Positions 10,613 to 20,196 of a stretch of 64,000 bases of DNA are shown here, in pieces. Position numbers and translations under genes: made by a program. Position 1 is the first letter of the stretch. Each line of letters starts with the position of its first letter. Origin of the DNA: a bacterium (GTDB taxonomy: Bacteria; Electryoneota; Electryoneia; Electryoneales; Electryoneaceae); NCBI GenBank assembly GCA_963669175.1, contig OY769902.1, positions 3,296,001-3,360,000 on the forward strand. The letters are read 5' to 3'. The notes beneath the pieces were generated by a model that worked only from the letters and a program-made list of their open reading frames with translations, was not told the origin of the DNA and searched no databases.

Positions 10613-11614
10613 ATGAAGATTCGAGAACTCCCTGTAGACATAAATGGTGAGATTGAAAACCGCCTCGAGCTTGAGATCGAGGATGGGTATGCTGCGGGTG
10701 AACGTCTCGATGTCCTGATCGCGCACCGTCTCCCGAAAATCAGTCGTAGCAGGGTAAAGAAGCTGATTGATGAAGGGCGAATCCTGCTGAACAAAGGCAA
10801 GCCCAAAGCCTCAACGATTGTGCAGGGGGGAGCGTTTATCGAGATCACCTTTCCCCACCCGCCACGCCCCCCGGCAACGGCGGAAGAGATTCCGCTCGAT
10901 GTTCGATACGAAGATGATCACCTGCTGTTCGTCAACAAACCGGCCGGGATGGTGGTTCATCCGGCTGCTGGACATCACAGCGGCACACTGGTAAACGCTT
11001 TACTGCATCGGTTTGACAATCTTCCCCAGACTGCCAGCCATCGGCCGGGAATCGTGCATCGTCTTGACAAGGATACATCCGGGATTATGGTTGTCGCAAA
11101 AAGCGAATACATTATGACCAGCCTCGGACGATTATTCCATGAACACGACATTGATAGAGAATATGATTCGCTTGTCTGGGGTGATCTACCCGAAACCGGG
11201 ACAATAGATGCGCCTTTGGCGCGTCATCCCGGCAACAGGAAAAAATTCGCAGTGGTCAAAGGGGGACGTCGTGCAGTCAGCCACTGGCGGGTGCGCGAGC
11301 GTTTCGGCTTTGCCACACTCATTACTGTGACCCTGGAAACAGGGCGGACACACCAGATACGTGTTCATTTCTCCAGTCAAGGCTGGCCTGTCTTCTCCGA
11401 TGCGACTTATGGTGGACGCATGCATGCGTTAAGCCGGCTCACATCATCACAGCGAGATGCGGCACGTATGGCCATGAAGCAACTGGACAGACAGGCGCTA
11501 CATGCTCGCCTGCTGGGCTTCATTCACCCGGTTACAAAACAACAAATCCAGGTTGAAGCGCCGCTACCAGAGGATTTTAACCAGGCTCTTGAGCTGATCC
11601 GCGAAGCAAAATAG
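10613..11614 (+). CDS. rluD: RluA/RluD-family 23S rRNA pseudouridine synthase
   Basis: S4 domain (RLDVLIA..SRSRVKKLI), VNKPAGMVVHP, HRLDKDTSG, LETGRTHQIRVH, QALHA. Start is uncertain (10577 or 10613). Confidence 0.88.
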   Translation: MKIRELPVDINGEIENRLELEIEDGYAAGERLDVLIAHRLPKISRSRVKKLIDEGRILLNKGKPKASTIVQGGAFIEITFPHPPRPPATAEEIPLDVRYEDDHLLFVNKPAGMVVHPAAGHHSGTLVNALLHRFDNLPQTASHRPGIVHRLDKDTSGIMVVAKSEYIMTSLGRLFHEHDIDREYDSLVWGDLPETGTIDAPLARHPGNRKKFAVVKGGRRAVSHWRVRERFGFATLITVTLETGRTHQIRVHFSSQGWPVFSDATYGGRMHALSRLTSSQRDAARMAMKQLDRQALHARLLGFIHPVTKQQIQVEAPLPEDFNQALELIREAK

Positions 11615-11718
11615 TTTTCCGTATGAATTTCGACCTCTTGAAAGTATCCTGACGAAACATTTATTTTTACACCTTTCCAATTCAGGTATAGAGTCATTAC
11701 CAGCAAGTGGGGACTTTC

Positions 11719-12519
11719 ATGCAAGCAGAAACACGGACTGTTCGTGCAGGTGATATAGATATCTCTTACATGGTCAAAGGGGAAGGGGAGCCTCTTCTGA
11801 TGATCATGGGGTATGCCAGCACAAACGAGATGTGGGATCCACGGGTTATTGATGCTTTAGCGCAGGATTTCCAGGTTATCCTTCCGAATAATCGTGGTGT
11901 CGATAAATCAACGGCCGGTGAGAAGGATTTTTCACTACGCTTGTTTGCTGAGGATTGTGCTAACCTGCTGGAAGCGCTGCATATTGAAAAAGCACATGTT
12001 CTTGGATGGTCCATGGGAAGTTATATCGCCCAGGAGCTGACGCTGAATCACCCGGAAAAAGTAGACTGTCTGGTTCTTTATGCTGCCGCATGTGATACGT
12101 CAATGTTTCCCATGTCTGAAGAAACACTGGCACGTCTGATGAATATGTCCGGCACGGAACAGGATCGATGGGGAAGGTTTTTGAAATGCCTTTTCACCGA
12201 AGATTACCTGTCTGAACATTGGGGTGATGTAATAGCCGGTTTTCAGCGCCCGATTGGGGAGGTAAACCCTGTTGTTCTGGCCAGACAGACAAAGGCGATA
12301 GAGGAGTGGGATGGTGTCTGTACGAAGCTGCCGGAAGTGACACAGAAAACACTGCTGCTTTGCGGTTCGGAAGATGTCATGGTTCCGCCGGATAATTCTC
12401 GATACCTGGCGCAACAGATTCCACATGCCATTCTTGAGATCGTACCCGGCGCAGGGCATGGACTCATGTATCAGGAGCCGGAAGTATTTGTTGACATAGT
12501 TAAAGAGTTTTTGAAGTAA
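11719..12519 (+). CDS. Alpha/beta-fold hydrolase
   Basis: GWSMG nucleophile elbow, GSEDVMVP, GAGHG. Confidence 0.88.
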   Translation: MQAETRTVRAGDIDISYMVKGEGEPLLMIMGYASTNEMWDPRVIDALAQDFQVILPNNRGVDKSTAGEKDFSLRLFAEDCANLLEALHIEKAHVLGWSMGSYIAQELTLNHPEKVDCLVLYAAACDTSMFPMSEETLARLMNMSGTEQDRWGRFLKCLFTEDYLSEHWGDVIAGFQRPIGEVNPVVLARQTKAIEEWDGVCTKLPEVTQKTLLLCGSEDVMVPPDNSRYLAQQIPHAILEIVPGAGHGLMYQEPEVFVDIVKEFLK

Positions 12520-12573
12520 AGCAAGGAAGCACACAGGCCAGGCAAACGTGTCATATTAGGACAGCAAAACTTC

Positions 12574-12601
12574 GAGATCCCCGGTCAAGCTCGGGGATGA
12601 C
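12574..12601. repeat. REP-like palindrome (single copy in window)
   Basis: GAGATCCCCG-GTCAAGCT-CGGGGATGAC. GC stem with a terminal GATGAC foot, resembling GTCA-footed REP elements. Confidence 0.5.
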
Positions 12602-12674
12602 ATGATGCGACATTTTTTTCGAGTATCGCTATATGCGACATTCTTGCGAAAGGATGTCGCTTTTCTCGCGATAG

Positions 12675-12713
12675 AAAAAGCAACACCCCGAGCCCTGCCT
12701 TGCCCGGGGTGTT
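12675..12713 (-). terminator. Intrinsic terminator of secreted protein copy 1
   Basis: AACACCCCG...CGGGGTGTT stem followed on the minus strand by CTTTTT. Paralogous to 16845-16881. Confidence 0.75.
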
Positions 12714-12766
12714 TGGCAAGCTTGTTCGGAAGGGATTACGCGAACAAGCAACTTGTGAATTTCATC

Positions 12767-15712
12767 CTAGCGAATCAGCGATACCTTGCGTACAGAATTC
12801 ATCTTGCCGGGTACGTGTGCCTGGATGAAGTAAATACCGCTGGATAGATCTGTTGCGTCGAAGGTGAAGGTGTGATAACCCTGCGCAAAACGGCCCTTCG
12901 CGAGGACAGAAACCTGTTTGCCGAGGATGTTGAACACGCGGACATCAAGATTCGCCGCATCAGGGAGACCGATGACGGCTGTCATGGTCGGGTTAAACGG
13001 ATTCGGGTACGCACGTGCAATGCTGTACTCGGTCGGAATCTGCGCGAAGAAGTTGTCGGTTACGCTGATGCCATCCCAGTTCACGGTTGCTGTATCTGAG
13101 TTCGCTGACATGCCTTCATCATAGGAGGCAACGACCCAGTACTCGTAATCGCCGCTTGGTTCGCCTTCAAGCGTATCAATAAAACCGATCGTGTCAACTT
13201 CAATCAACGCATTCCCGTCACGGAAAACGATGAACTCGATGAATTCATCCATGTCCTCGCCATACACCCAGTCCAGCGTAACATAAGGACTGCCGTTTTC
13301 ACGAGTGGCAGTCATACCACGAGGCGCTTCCAGGTAAGGAGCGTTGAAGTCTTCAGCAAGGGACGGAACGATCTGGACAGCATTCTGGAAGAGTCCAATC
13401 GGACCACGGACGACAATCCAATCACCCTGGCTGAATTCACTCAGGTCGAGAGCGGCCGCTTCATTGATGTAGACGTTTACGGCGCCGGACCCGTCGTCCA
13501 CCGCAACCGTATAGCTGCCGGTTTCAGGATCTGACTGTAACGCACCCATGATTTCAGCCCAGGAACCTTCGAGGGCTTGCTGGTTTGCCATGTCGCCAGT
13601 AGTAGCAGCGTATGGTGTGGGCATGTCGTTGCCTGTTGAGAGTACTTCGTAGGTAAAATCAACAAGCTCAGTGACGCCGTAGTACTCGGAGATTTGACCA
13701 GATACCTGGATTTCATCACCACGGTTCAGGTTGTCAGCCGGATCAATCGCATCCGAATCATACAGCATGACACCATAACCTGTGGCATCCTGGATGTAAC
13801 AGTCAAAACGATCTGTATGGATGGAATTGGTTGGTAGAGTGACAATACCTGTGGTTGTGACCCAGGAGCCTTCTTCAACTGTGGTCTGAATGTCTTCGAT
13901 GGAGGCGACCGGAACCGGATCGAGTTCAACATCAAGGGAGTTGTCACCCAGTTCGACAGCTACCCAGAGAACTGTGTTTTCATAGTATCCCAGGGCGGAT
14001 ACTTTCAGGTCATAAAGACCAGGCGTGATGTCATCAAATGAATAGGCGCCATCATCACCGCTTGTTGTTGAATAAACAGGCTCATCTTCTTCTTCTGCAA
14101 GGTAAAGGTCAAGCGTGGCGCCAGCTACAGCATTCTCACCGGAACTAACAGCACCGGACAGGCTGGCGACAGGTTCGATTGCGCCACCAACAGTTACCGC
14201 ATCAACAAACATGCCTGGGTAATCGTTGCTGGAGTCACCATCTAGCAACCAGTAAAACTCAACTTCGTCGCCATCGTTCACGCCCTCGAGCGTATACGAG
14301 TATTCTGTCCATGTGTTTCCGTTGGTAGTGCCGTTGTATTCTGCCAATTCAATCCAGTCACCACCATTTACACGATAGTACAGATAGCCATAATCCCAGG
14401 AAGCCTCAAGCTGGAACCACATGTAAAATGTTATCGCAGCATTGGCGCCTGTTTCTATCATATAGGCTGGTGAATACAGTACATCATATGCATTGGCATA
14501 TGCATAGTTCGCCTCGAGACCGGTGGCCCAGCAATAGTCTCCATCATAGGCTGAGCCCGGGCCATTCGTTGGCGTACCCCACTCCCAGGGCGGTACGGTT
14601 GTTGATGCATCAACATAGCAACCATCATTGTCTTCAAAGCTGGTGTATGGGAAGACAGCTAAGGGGGCAATAGGCCGTAATGCAACATCTAACGCATCAT
14701 TGTCACCAGTTACAAGCGTAACTGTTTCGTTGTATGAAGCGTAGTCTTCATGGGTGAATGTTATGTTTTTTTCGCCAGGGTATAGCATTAGTTCATAATC
14801 GCCTTCTGCATCAGTGGTTGTGGTGAACCCATTGCTAGAAACAATAACACCTTCGAGTGGGATATCTGTTCTGGATTCTGTCACTGTTCCGCTAATAGCA
14901 GCATCTGCAGGAACTTGGTAAAACTCAATTGCCAGTTCATTGTGTGGGTAGCTCGCGATAGAGTCTTCGTTTTGTACTGTCAGACCTATTTCGCCAGCGG
15001 CATTCTGGATGCCAATTGTGCAACTTGTAATGTCAATGCCATTGTCAAGACTATTATACTGAAGTTTAATAGAACCGTCACTAAACATGATTACCTGGGC
15101 TGTCAAATAGCCGGGATCAGAGTGCTCCCGGAAATCAATCATGCTAATGACCAGCGCATCCATATCGTTAACAGTCGTGGTTTGATAATAAGCTGACCCA
15201 CCAAGCGTGATATTCAGATCATCCCAGAACCATGCAATTAATGCTGCATGATCAGTGGTGGGCAAAGCTTGGTTGGTAAGGGTGATATACGCATCAGTAA
15301 AACTGATTGTGCCATTGGACTGAAAGTAAAACTGGGTATAGGTGTCACCGTAAAAAATAAAATCGAAACCTATCTCGAAAGGTCCAATATGGTTATCATC
15401 CTGGATTCCAGTGAATGCTGTTCCAGTTTCTGAGATGTCAATCCAGTCATATGTTGGACCTTCATCTTCATCACTGTCAAAATAAACGTAACCCATATCG
15501 TCCGGTCCACCCGTTTCATCCAATTCATTAATGCCAGAATTCCTGTATTCTTCACAGAATTGTTCAACGAGTTGTTTCTGGTAGTCGGACAACTGTTGCC
15601 CTTCATAGGCAGCTTGATACGCGGCTTTCATCTCATCATAAGAAGCACTGAACGCCAGCGGCGCCAAAATGAAAACAGCTATCAAGGCGATAAACGCTAC
15701 TCTTTTAGACAT
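12767..15712 (-). CDS. Secreted multidomain protein with T9SS/Por-type C-terminal domain (copy 1)
   Basis: Signal peptide; pro-region ending NELDE-TGGPD; nidogen-like domain (IGFDFIFYGDTYTQFYFQSNG); carboxypeptidase-regulatory-like repeats; jelly-roll/MAM-like module (WEWGTP..CWATGL); OB-fold-like modules (YIQDATGYG, VDDGSGAV); FN3-like domain; AYPNPFNP...LSSGIYFI CTD. Confidence 0.85.
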   Translation of the reverse strand: MSKRVAFIALIAVFILAPLAFSASYDEMKAAYQAAYEGQQLSDYQKQLVEQFCEEYRNSGINELDETGGPDDMGYVYFDSDEDEGPTYDWIDISETGTAFTGIQDDNHIGPFEIGFDFIFYGDTYTQFYFQSNGTISFTDAYITLTNQALPTTDHAALIAWFWDDLNITLGGSAYYQTTTVNDMDALVISMIDFREHSDPGYLTAQVIMFSDGSIKLQYNSLDNGIDITSCTIGIQNAAGEIGLTVQNEDSIASYPHNELAIEFYQVPADAAISGTVTESRTDIPLEGVIVSSNGFTTTTDAEGDYELMLYPGEKNITFTHEDYASYNETVTLVTGDNDALDVALRPIAPLAVFPYTSFEDNDGCYVDASTTVPPWEWGTPTNGPGSAYDGDYCWATGLEANYAYANAYDVLYSPAYMIETGANAAITFYMWFQLEASWDYGYLYYRVNGGDWIELAEYNGTTNGNTWTEYSYTLEGVNDGDEVEFYWLLDGDSSNDYPGMFVDAVTVGGAIEPVASLSGAVSSGENAVAGATLDLYLAEEEDEPVYSTTSGDDGAYSFDDITPGLYDLKVSALGYYENTVLWVAVELGDNSLDVELDPVPVASIEDIQTTVEEGSWVTTTGIVTLPTNSIHTDRFDCYIQDATGYGVMLYDSDAIDPADNLNRGDEIQVSGQISEYYGVTELVDFTYEVLSTGNDMPTPYAATTGDMANQQALEGSWAEIMGALQSDPETGSYTVAVDDGSGAVNVYINEAAALDLSEFSQGDWIVVRGPIGLFQNAVQIVPSLAEDFNAPYLEAPRGMTATRENGSPYVTLDWVYGEDMDEFIEFIVFRDGNALIEVDTIGFIDTLEGEPSGDYEYWVVASYDEGMSANSDTATVNWDGISVTDNFFAQIPTEYSIARAYPNPFNPTMTAVIGLPDAANLDVRVFNILGKQVSVLAKGRFAQGYHTFTFDATDLSSGIYFIQAHVPGKMNSVRKVSLIR

Positions 15713-15981
15713 GTGCTGCTCCTATCGTATTCTACAACTGATCTCCGCACACAGGGATGTGTATGCGTCACCTTCTAAACGTTTCTCTCGTGCAACTTCC
15801 CTCGAAGTACTACGTAGCGCCAAAAACCTCCTTTTGTTGGTTCATGTTGCAGTGGTACGACCAAAATCCGAAGCCATTCGGATGTATAGGTATATCAACT
15901 TTTTAGCAAAGATGAGAACAGGATCAAGAGATGAAAATATCTAGAATACTTTCTCTTTCAATCTTCACTTGGTTGTTACTG

Positions 15982-16581
15982 TCAGGCTTTGATCAATCGC
16001 CAAAGATCATCCGCCATTTGACTGGAAATGCTGTTGACATCGATTCCAGGATTGAAAGCCCAGAGGTTCTGAAGTCCGCGATGCATCGTGAACCAAAGGA
16101 CAGCGGTATGATCGCTGGCAAGGTCTCCACGTACATATCCCAACTTCTTTCCGGATTCCAGCGCTTTCTGGAAATCCTGGATAATCATGTCGTGACTTTG
16201 GGAGATCTGTTCTCGTAAATGGTTGTTATCCCTTGCGACTTCGAAAAGAAATCGTAACACTGCAGAGAGGTCGGGGGCAGGATCGTCCGCAGTGTTTGTA
16301 GCCCAGATCGTTTGATCCGTCTGTAGAAGTTGAAAAACAGCCTTTAGTTGGTCTAATGTTGAATGTTGGTTTTCGATGGAAGACTTTACCCGCAGGTAAA
16401 ATTCCCGCGTGTATATGTCTACCACGGCTCCAGCGAGGGTCTGCTTGCTGTTGAAGTGGTGATACAACCCGCCTTTCGAAACTTCCGCTCTGCTGGCTAT
16501 ATCACTGACCGAAACAGAATCGTAACCGTGTTTCAGGAACAGCCAGACCGCTGCCTGGATAATACAAGTTTTGGTATCCAT
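15982..16581 (-). CDS. TetR/AcrR-family transcriptional regulator (copy 1)
   Basis: IIQAAVWLFLKHGY..SVSDIASRAEVSKGGLYHHFNSK HTH. Confidence 0.92.
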   Translation of the reverse strand: MDTKTCIIQAAVWLFLKHGYDSVSVSDIASRAEVSKGGLYHHFNSKQTLAGAVVDIYTREFYLRVKSSIENQHSTLDQLKAVFQLLQTDQTIWATNTADDPAPDLSAVLRFLFEVARDNNHLREQISQSHDMIIQDFQKALESGKKLGYVRGDLASDHTAVLWFTMHRGLQNLWAFNPGIDVNSISSQMADDLWRLIKA

Positions 16582-16844
16582 CCACGTGTCCCGTACAAGA
16601 ATAACTCATTTTCGCGATGTGATGCTTATAAAATACAGACAGGCTCGAAACAGAAGTCAAGAGTAATGAAACAAAAAATGCAAAATATTCTAAAGAGGAG
16701 AGACATGGGGCAATTATGGCTAAGCTTATAATGGTAGTAACACTCAGAGTTCATTGAAAATATTGAAACGCTGTTTATAGGAGGCAGGGCAACATCCAGG
16801 ATGTTGTGGATGATGGATGGTATTGGGGAATCCAAAGAAGACAT

Positions 16845-16881
16845 AAAAACACCCCGGATCCCTGCCTGGACCCGGGGTGTT
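16845..16881 (-). terminator. Intrinsic terminator of secreted protein copy 2
   Basis: AACACCCCGG...CCGGGGTGTT stem with a minus-strand U tract. Confidence 0.78.
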
Positions 16882-16934
16882 CAGCAAACTTGTTCGGAAG
16901 GGATTACTTCGAACAAGCAAACTGGAATTTCATC

Positions 16935-19900
16935 TTAGCGAACCAATGTAACCTTCCGGACCGCATTCATCTTGCCCGGTACATGCGCCTGGATGAAGTA
17001 AAGACCACTGGACAGGTTTGTCGCATCAAAGGTGAAGGAATGATACCCCTGTGTGAAACGACCCTGTGCCAGGACAGAAACCTGCTCACCAAGGATGTTG
17101 AACACGCGGACATCCAGGTTTGACGCATCCGGCAGTCCGATGACAGCTGTCATGGTCGGGTTGAACGGGTTCGGATAAGCGCGTGCAATGCTGTACTCGG
17201 TCGGAATCTGTGCGAACAGATTTTCAGAGACATTGACACCATCCCAATCAACGGAAGCTGTGTCGGAATTTGCGGACATGCCTTCATCGTAGGAAGCGAC
17301 GATCCAGTAAGTAAAGGTACCGGCGTCTTCACCATCGAGATTGTCTTCGAAGCCAATGGTGTCAACTTCAGTCAAGGCATTGCCATTACGGAAGATGATG
17401 AATTCGATGAATTCATCCGTCTCGTCATCACCGAATACCCATTCCACTTTAACCAGCGGGCTTCCGTCTTCACGGGAAGCGGTCACATCCGTCGGCGCAT
17501 CAAGTACTGGCGCGTTGAAGTCTTCTGCCAGTGACGGAATGATCTGAACGGCATTCTGGTACAGGCCGATCGGGCCACGGAAAACCACCCAGTCGGATTG
17601 GGCGAATTCTGAAAGGTCAAGACCGGCATCTTCGTTGATGCGGACATTGACTGCGCCGGAGCCGTCATCTACAGAAAGGGTATAGCTACCGGTTTCAGGA
17701 TCACCCTGCAACTGGCCCATGATCTCCGCCCAGGAGCCTTCAAACGCCTGCAGCTCAGCCATGTCGCCTGTCGTTCCCGTGTAGGGGATAGGCAGATCAT
17801 TACCGGTGGTAAGGACTTCGTATTCAAAATCAACAATTTCCGTAACACCGTAATACTCGGTGATCTGACCGGTGACCTGGATTTCATCGCCACGGTTCAG
17901 GTTGTTTTCCGGATCAATAGCATCGTAATCATACAACATGACACCGTAGCCAGTGGCATCCTGGATGTAACAACTGAAACGGTCAGTATTGATCGAGTTG
18001 GTCGGCAAGGTCACGATACCGGTTGTGGTTACCCATGTTCCGGTTTCGACCGTTGTCTGAATATCTTCGATCGAATATGTGCCAATGGCAGCTAACGTAA
18101 TGTCAATGACGGCATTATCATCAGCTTCAAGCACGATGTCTTCTTGAACGTAGGGGGAATACCCATCAAGTACTGCGGCCAGATCATAGGTTCCTGGTGT
18201 GACATCGATGAACTCATAGTGTCCGAATTCATCTGTGAAAGCAGTCAGGATATCTCCATCTTCCGGGGCAAGAGCAACACCAGCATCCAGCAATGGATTG
18301 CCTTCAGTGTCTGTAATCGTTCCGGAAACCTGTGCGTAATCGCTCGGGATGTAAATGTGGAACGAAACATTGTTCAGGTCAGGCATTGTGTCTGACATGG
18401 CACGGTAGATCTGGGAACCGAAAATCCCTTCATGATCTTCATAGCCAATGGATACCATGTCAGGGTCGTCGTTGACGTACATGGAATCGTAGTTTAACCA
18501 CAAGTCCAGTTCCTCGAAATCCATTACGATCTGGAGTGTATTGTAGTTGTCGTAATGGTAATAGTAGGGGACTTCTTCAAATGTGATGACCAGTTGCCCA
18601 TCAACATTTTCGGCCCATACTGTGCCATGGTCTGCCGGATTCAGGTCCATCGCCAGGAAAGCAATGGTGCCATTGGGCTCGGCCGGGTCGGGACAGACAG
18701 CCGGATTGCTATAGCCGCCAGCGCTGGAATTAATAAATGATAACCAGCCGTTTGAAATGACGTAAATGCTGGAATAATCAACGCCGTACCATTCAAAGTC
18801 TTCAAGACCATAGTCTGCGAAAACCAATTCCGTCGATGAATCATCGCCCAACTCTAAATCAGTGGCGTTTTCACTGACATCAATCCAGGTATAGTCTTCT
18901 TCGCGCCATGAACGATATACCCATGCAGGGTAAGGAACCATCGCGAAATTATACGTGTTTTCGCCTTCTTCCAGAACTATTGTCTCAGAATAGTTCAGAT
19001 ATTCACCTTCAATAACAGCGGTAATGTTTGTTGATCCAGAATAACACTCTTCGATACTGTAGTTTCCTGATTCATCTGTAGTTGCCGTTCCGCCAGCAGC
19101 TCTTACAACAACACCCTCAAGCGCAGCGCCCGTTTCACTGTCAGTAACAGTTCCTGACAAACTGGCATCCGCTTCAGGCAGATAGAACAGGATGGATGTC
19201 CCATATACCGGGTAATCTGCCGGCGTGGTATTGTACGATGCCTGTAAACCTACAGTACCATCAATGTTTTCCAAGCCAATCGTTTCACTTGTAATGGTTC
19301 GTGTACAGGCTTCATCGTATGAAACAATTATTTCGCCATTCTCATACAAGTGAACCTGTGCGTAAGCATTGTTGGCAAAAGTGCGGTTCTCGTTTCCAAA
19401 CTGGATAACCAGGTGGCCTTCTTCCACTTCTTCGTAATACATCGTGTCCGAAGCATTGGGAACAAAGTCATCCCAGAACCAGAAAATAGCATTGTTCGGG
19501 ACGCTTGCTGTTGGAATAAGCGTATTGCTGTACGAGGCGCCCTGATCCGCAGAGAATGAAATCCAGCCGTTTGAACAAGCGTAGAATTCCGAATAGGTTT
19601 CACCATAGAAGGGGAAATCGAAACCAATCAAATAGGAACCCTGCGTATTATCATCTGACCAGCCGGTCACTTCTTCAGCTGTATCATAGATGTCAACCCA
19701 TGTATATTCCGGGCCGCCTTCTTCCTGGCTGTCAATAAAGGAATAGCCAAAACCATCAGGACCGCCGAGCTCATCCAGCTCATTAGTGGTCTGATAGGGC
19801 GCGATGTACTGAATGTAATAGTCTTCAGCAAGCTGCTTTTCTGCCATAGACTGTTGAACGCCATCAAACTGTCTGTAATACGCAGTTTTCATCTCTTCGT

Positions 19901-19973
19901 AAGACGCGCCAAATGCCAGTGGCGCCATGATGAATGCTGCGATTAACACAAAAAACAATGCCTTTTTCGACAT
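16935..19973 (-). CDS. Secreted multidomain protein with T9SS/Por-type C-terminal domain (copy 2)
   Basis: Start ATG 19973 after AGGAG, the same context as copy 1. NELDE-LGGPD, two nidogen-like domains, carboxypeptidase-regulatory-like repeats, and OB-fold, FN3 and CTD regions closely similar to copy 1. Confidence 0.85.
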   Translation of the reverse strand: MSKKALFFVLIAAFIMAPLAFGASYEEMKTAYYRQFDGVQQSMAEKQLAEDYYIQYIAPYQTTNELDELGGPDGFGYSFIDSQEEGGPEYTWVDIYDTAEEVTGWSDDNTQGSYLIGFDFPFYGETYSEFYACSNGWISFSADQGASYSNTLIPTASVPNNAIFWFWDDFVPNASDTMYYEEVEEGHLVIQFGNENRTFANNAYAQVHLYENGEIIVSYDEACTRTITSETIGLENIDGTVGLQASYNTTPADYPVYGTSILFYLPEADASLSGTVTDSETGAALEGVVVRAAGGTATTDESGNYSIEECYSGSTNITAVIEGEYLNYSETIVLEEGENTYNFAMVPYPAWVYRSWREEDYTWIDVSENATDLELGDDSSTELVFADYGLEDFEWYGVDYSSIYVISNGWLSFINSSAGGYSNPAVCPDPAEPNGTIAFLAMDLNPADHGTVWAENVDGQLVITFEEVPYYYHYDNYNTLQIVMDFEELDLWLNYDSMYVNDDPDMVSIGYEDHEGIFGSQIYRAMSDTMPDLNNVSFHIYIPSDYAQVSGTITDTEGNPLLDAGVALAPEDGDILTAFTDEFGHYEFIDVTPGTYDLAAVLDGYSPYVQEDIVLEADDNAVIDITLAAIGTYSIEDIQTTVETGTWVTTTGIVTLPTNSINTDRFSCYIQDATGYGVMLYDYDAIDPENNLNRGDEIQVTGQITEYYGVTEIVDFEYEVLTTGNDLPIPYTGTTGDMAELQAFEGSWAEIMGQLQGDPETGSYTLSVDDGSGAVNVRINEDAGLDLSEFAQSDWVVFRGPIGLYQNAVQIIPSLAEDFNAPVLDAPTDVTASREDGSPLVKVEWVFGDDETDEFIEFIIFRNGNALTEVDTIGFEDNLDGEDAGTFTYWIVASYDEGMSANSDTASVDWDGVNVSENLFAQIPTEYSIARAYPNPFNPTMTAVIGLPDASNLDVRVFNILGEQVSVLAQGRFTQGYHSFTFDATNLSSGLYFIQAHVPGKMNAVRKVTLVR

Positions 19974-20148
19974 GTGCTGCTCCTGTCGTGTCTTAAACCG
20001 TTCAACGCACACAGGGATGTGTATGCGTCGCCTTCAAACGTTGCTCGTGCCAACTTCCCTCGGTATTCTGTGGTCTACCAAAGCCCTCCTCTGTTTCTCC
20101 CTCGTTGATCGTCCAATTATCCGAAACGCTACTCAACACCAATACCAA

Positions 20149-20166
20149 ACCGACCGGTCGGTCGGT
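20149..20166. promoter_or_regulatory. Putative TetR operator upstream of secreted protein copy 2
   Basis: Dyad ACCGACCG-GT-CGGTCGGT. The same dyad recurs at 20823-20838. Confidence 0.8.
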
Positions 20167-20196
20167 CGAAGAGCAAAAAAAATATCTATTGAATTA

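Noticed and set aside
15748-15762. CsrA/RsmA site (ACAGGGATGT hairpin)
   Set aside because: The GGA-loop reading is on the + strand, but the mRNA is the - strand.
15722-15823. Leader peptide ORF upstream of secreted gene 1 (TTG start after AAGGAGG, 33 aa)
   Set aside because: SD spacing is only 3 nt and the frame is broken by indels in the paralogous leader (15 codons), so there is no conserved peptide.
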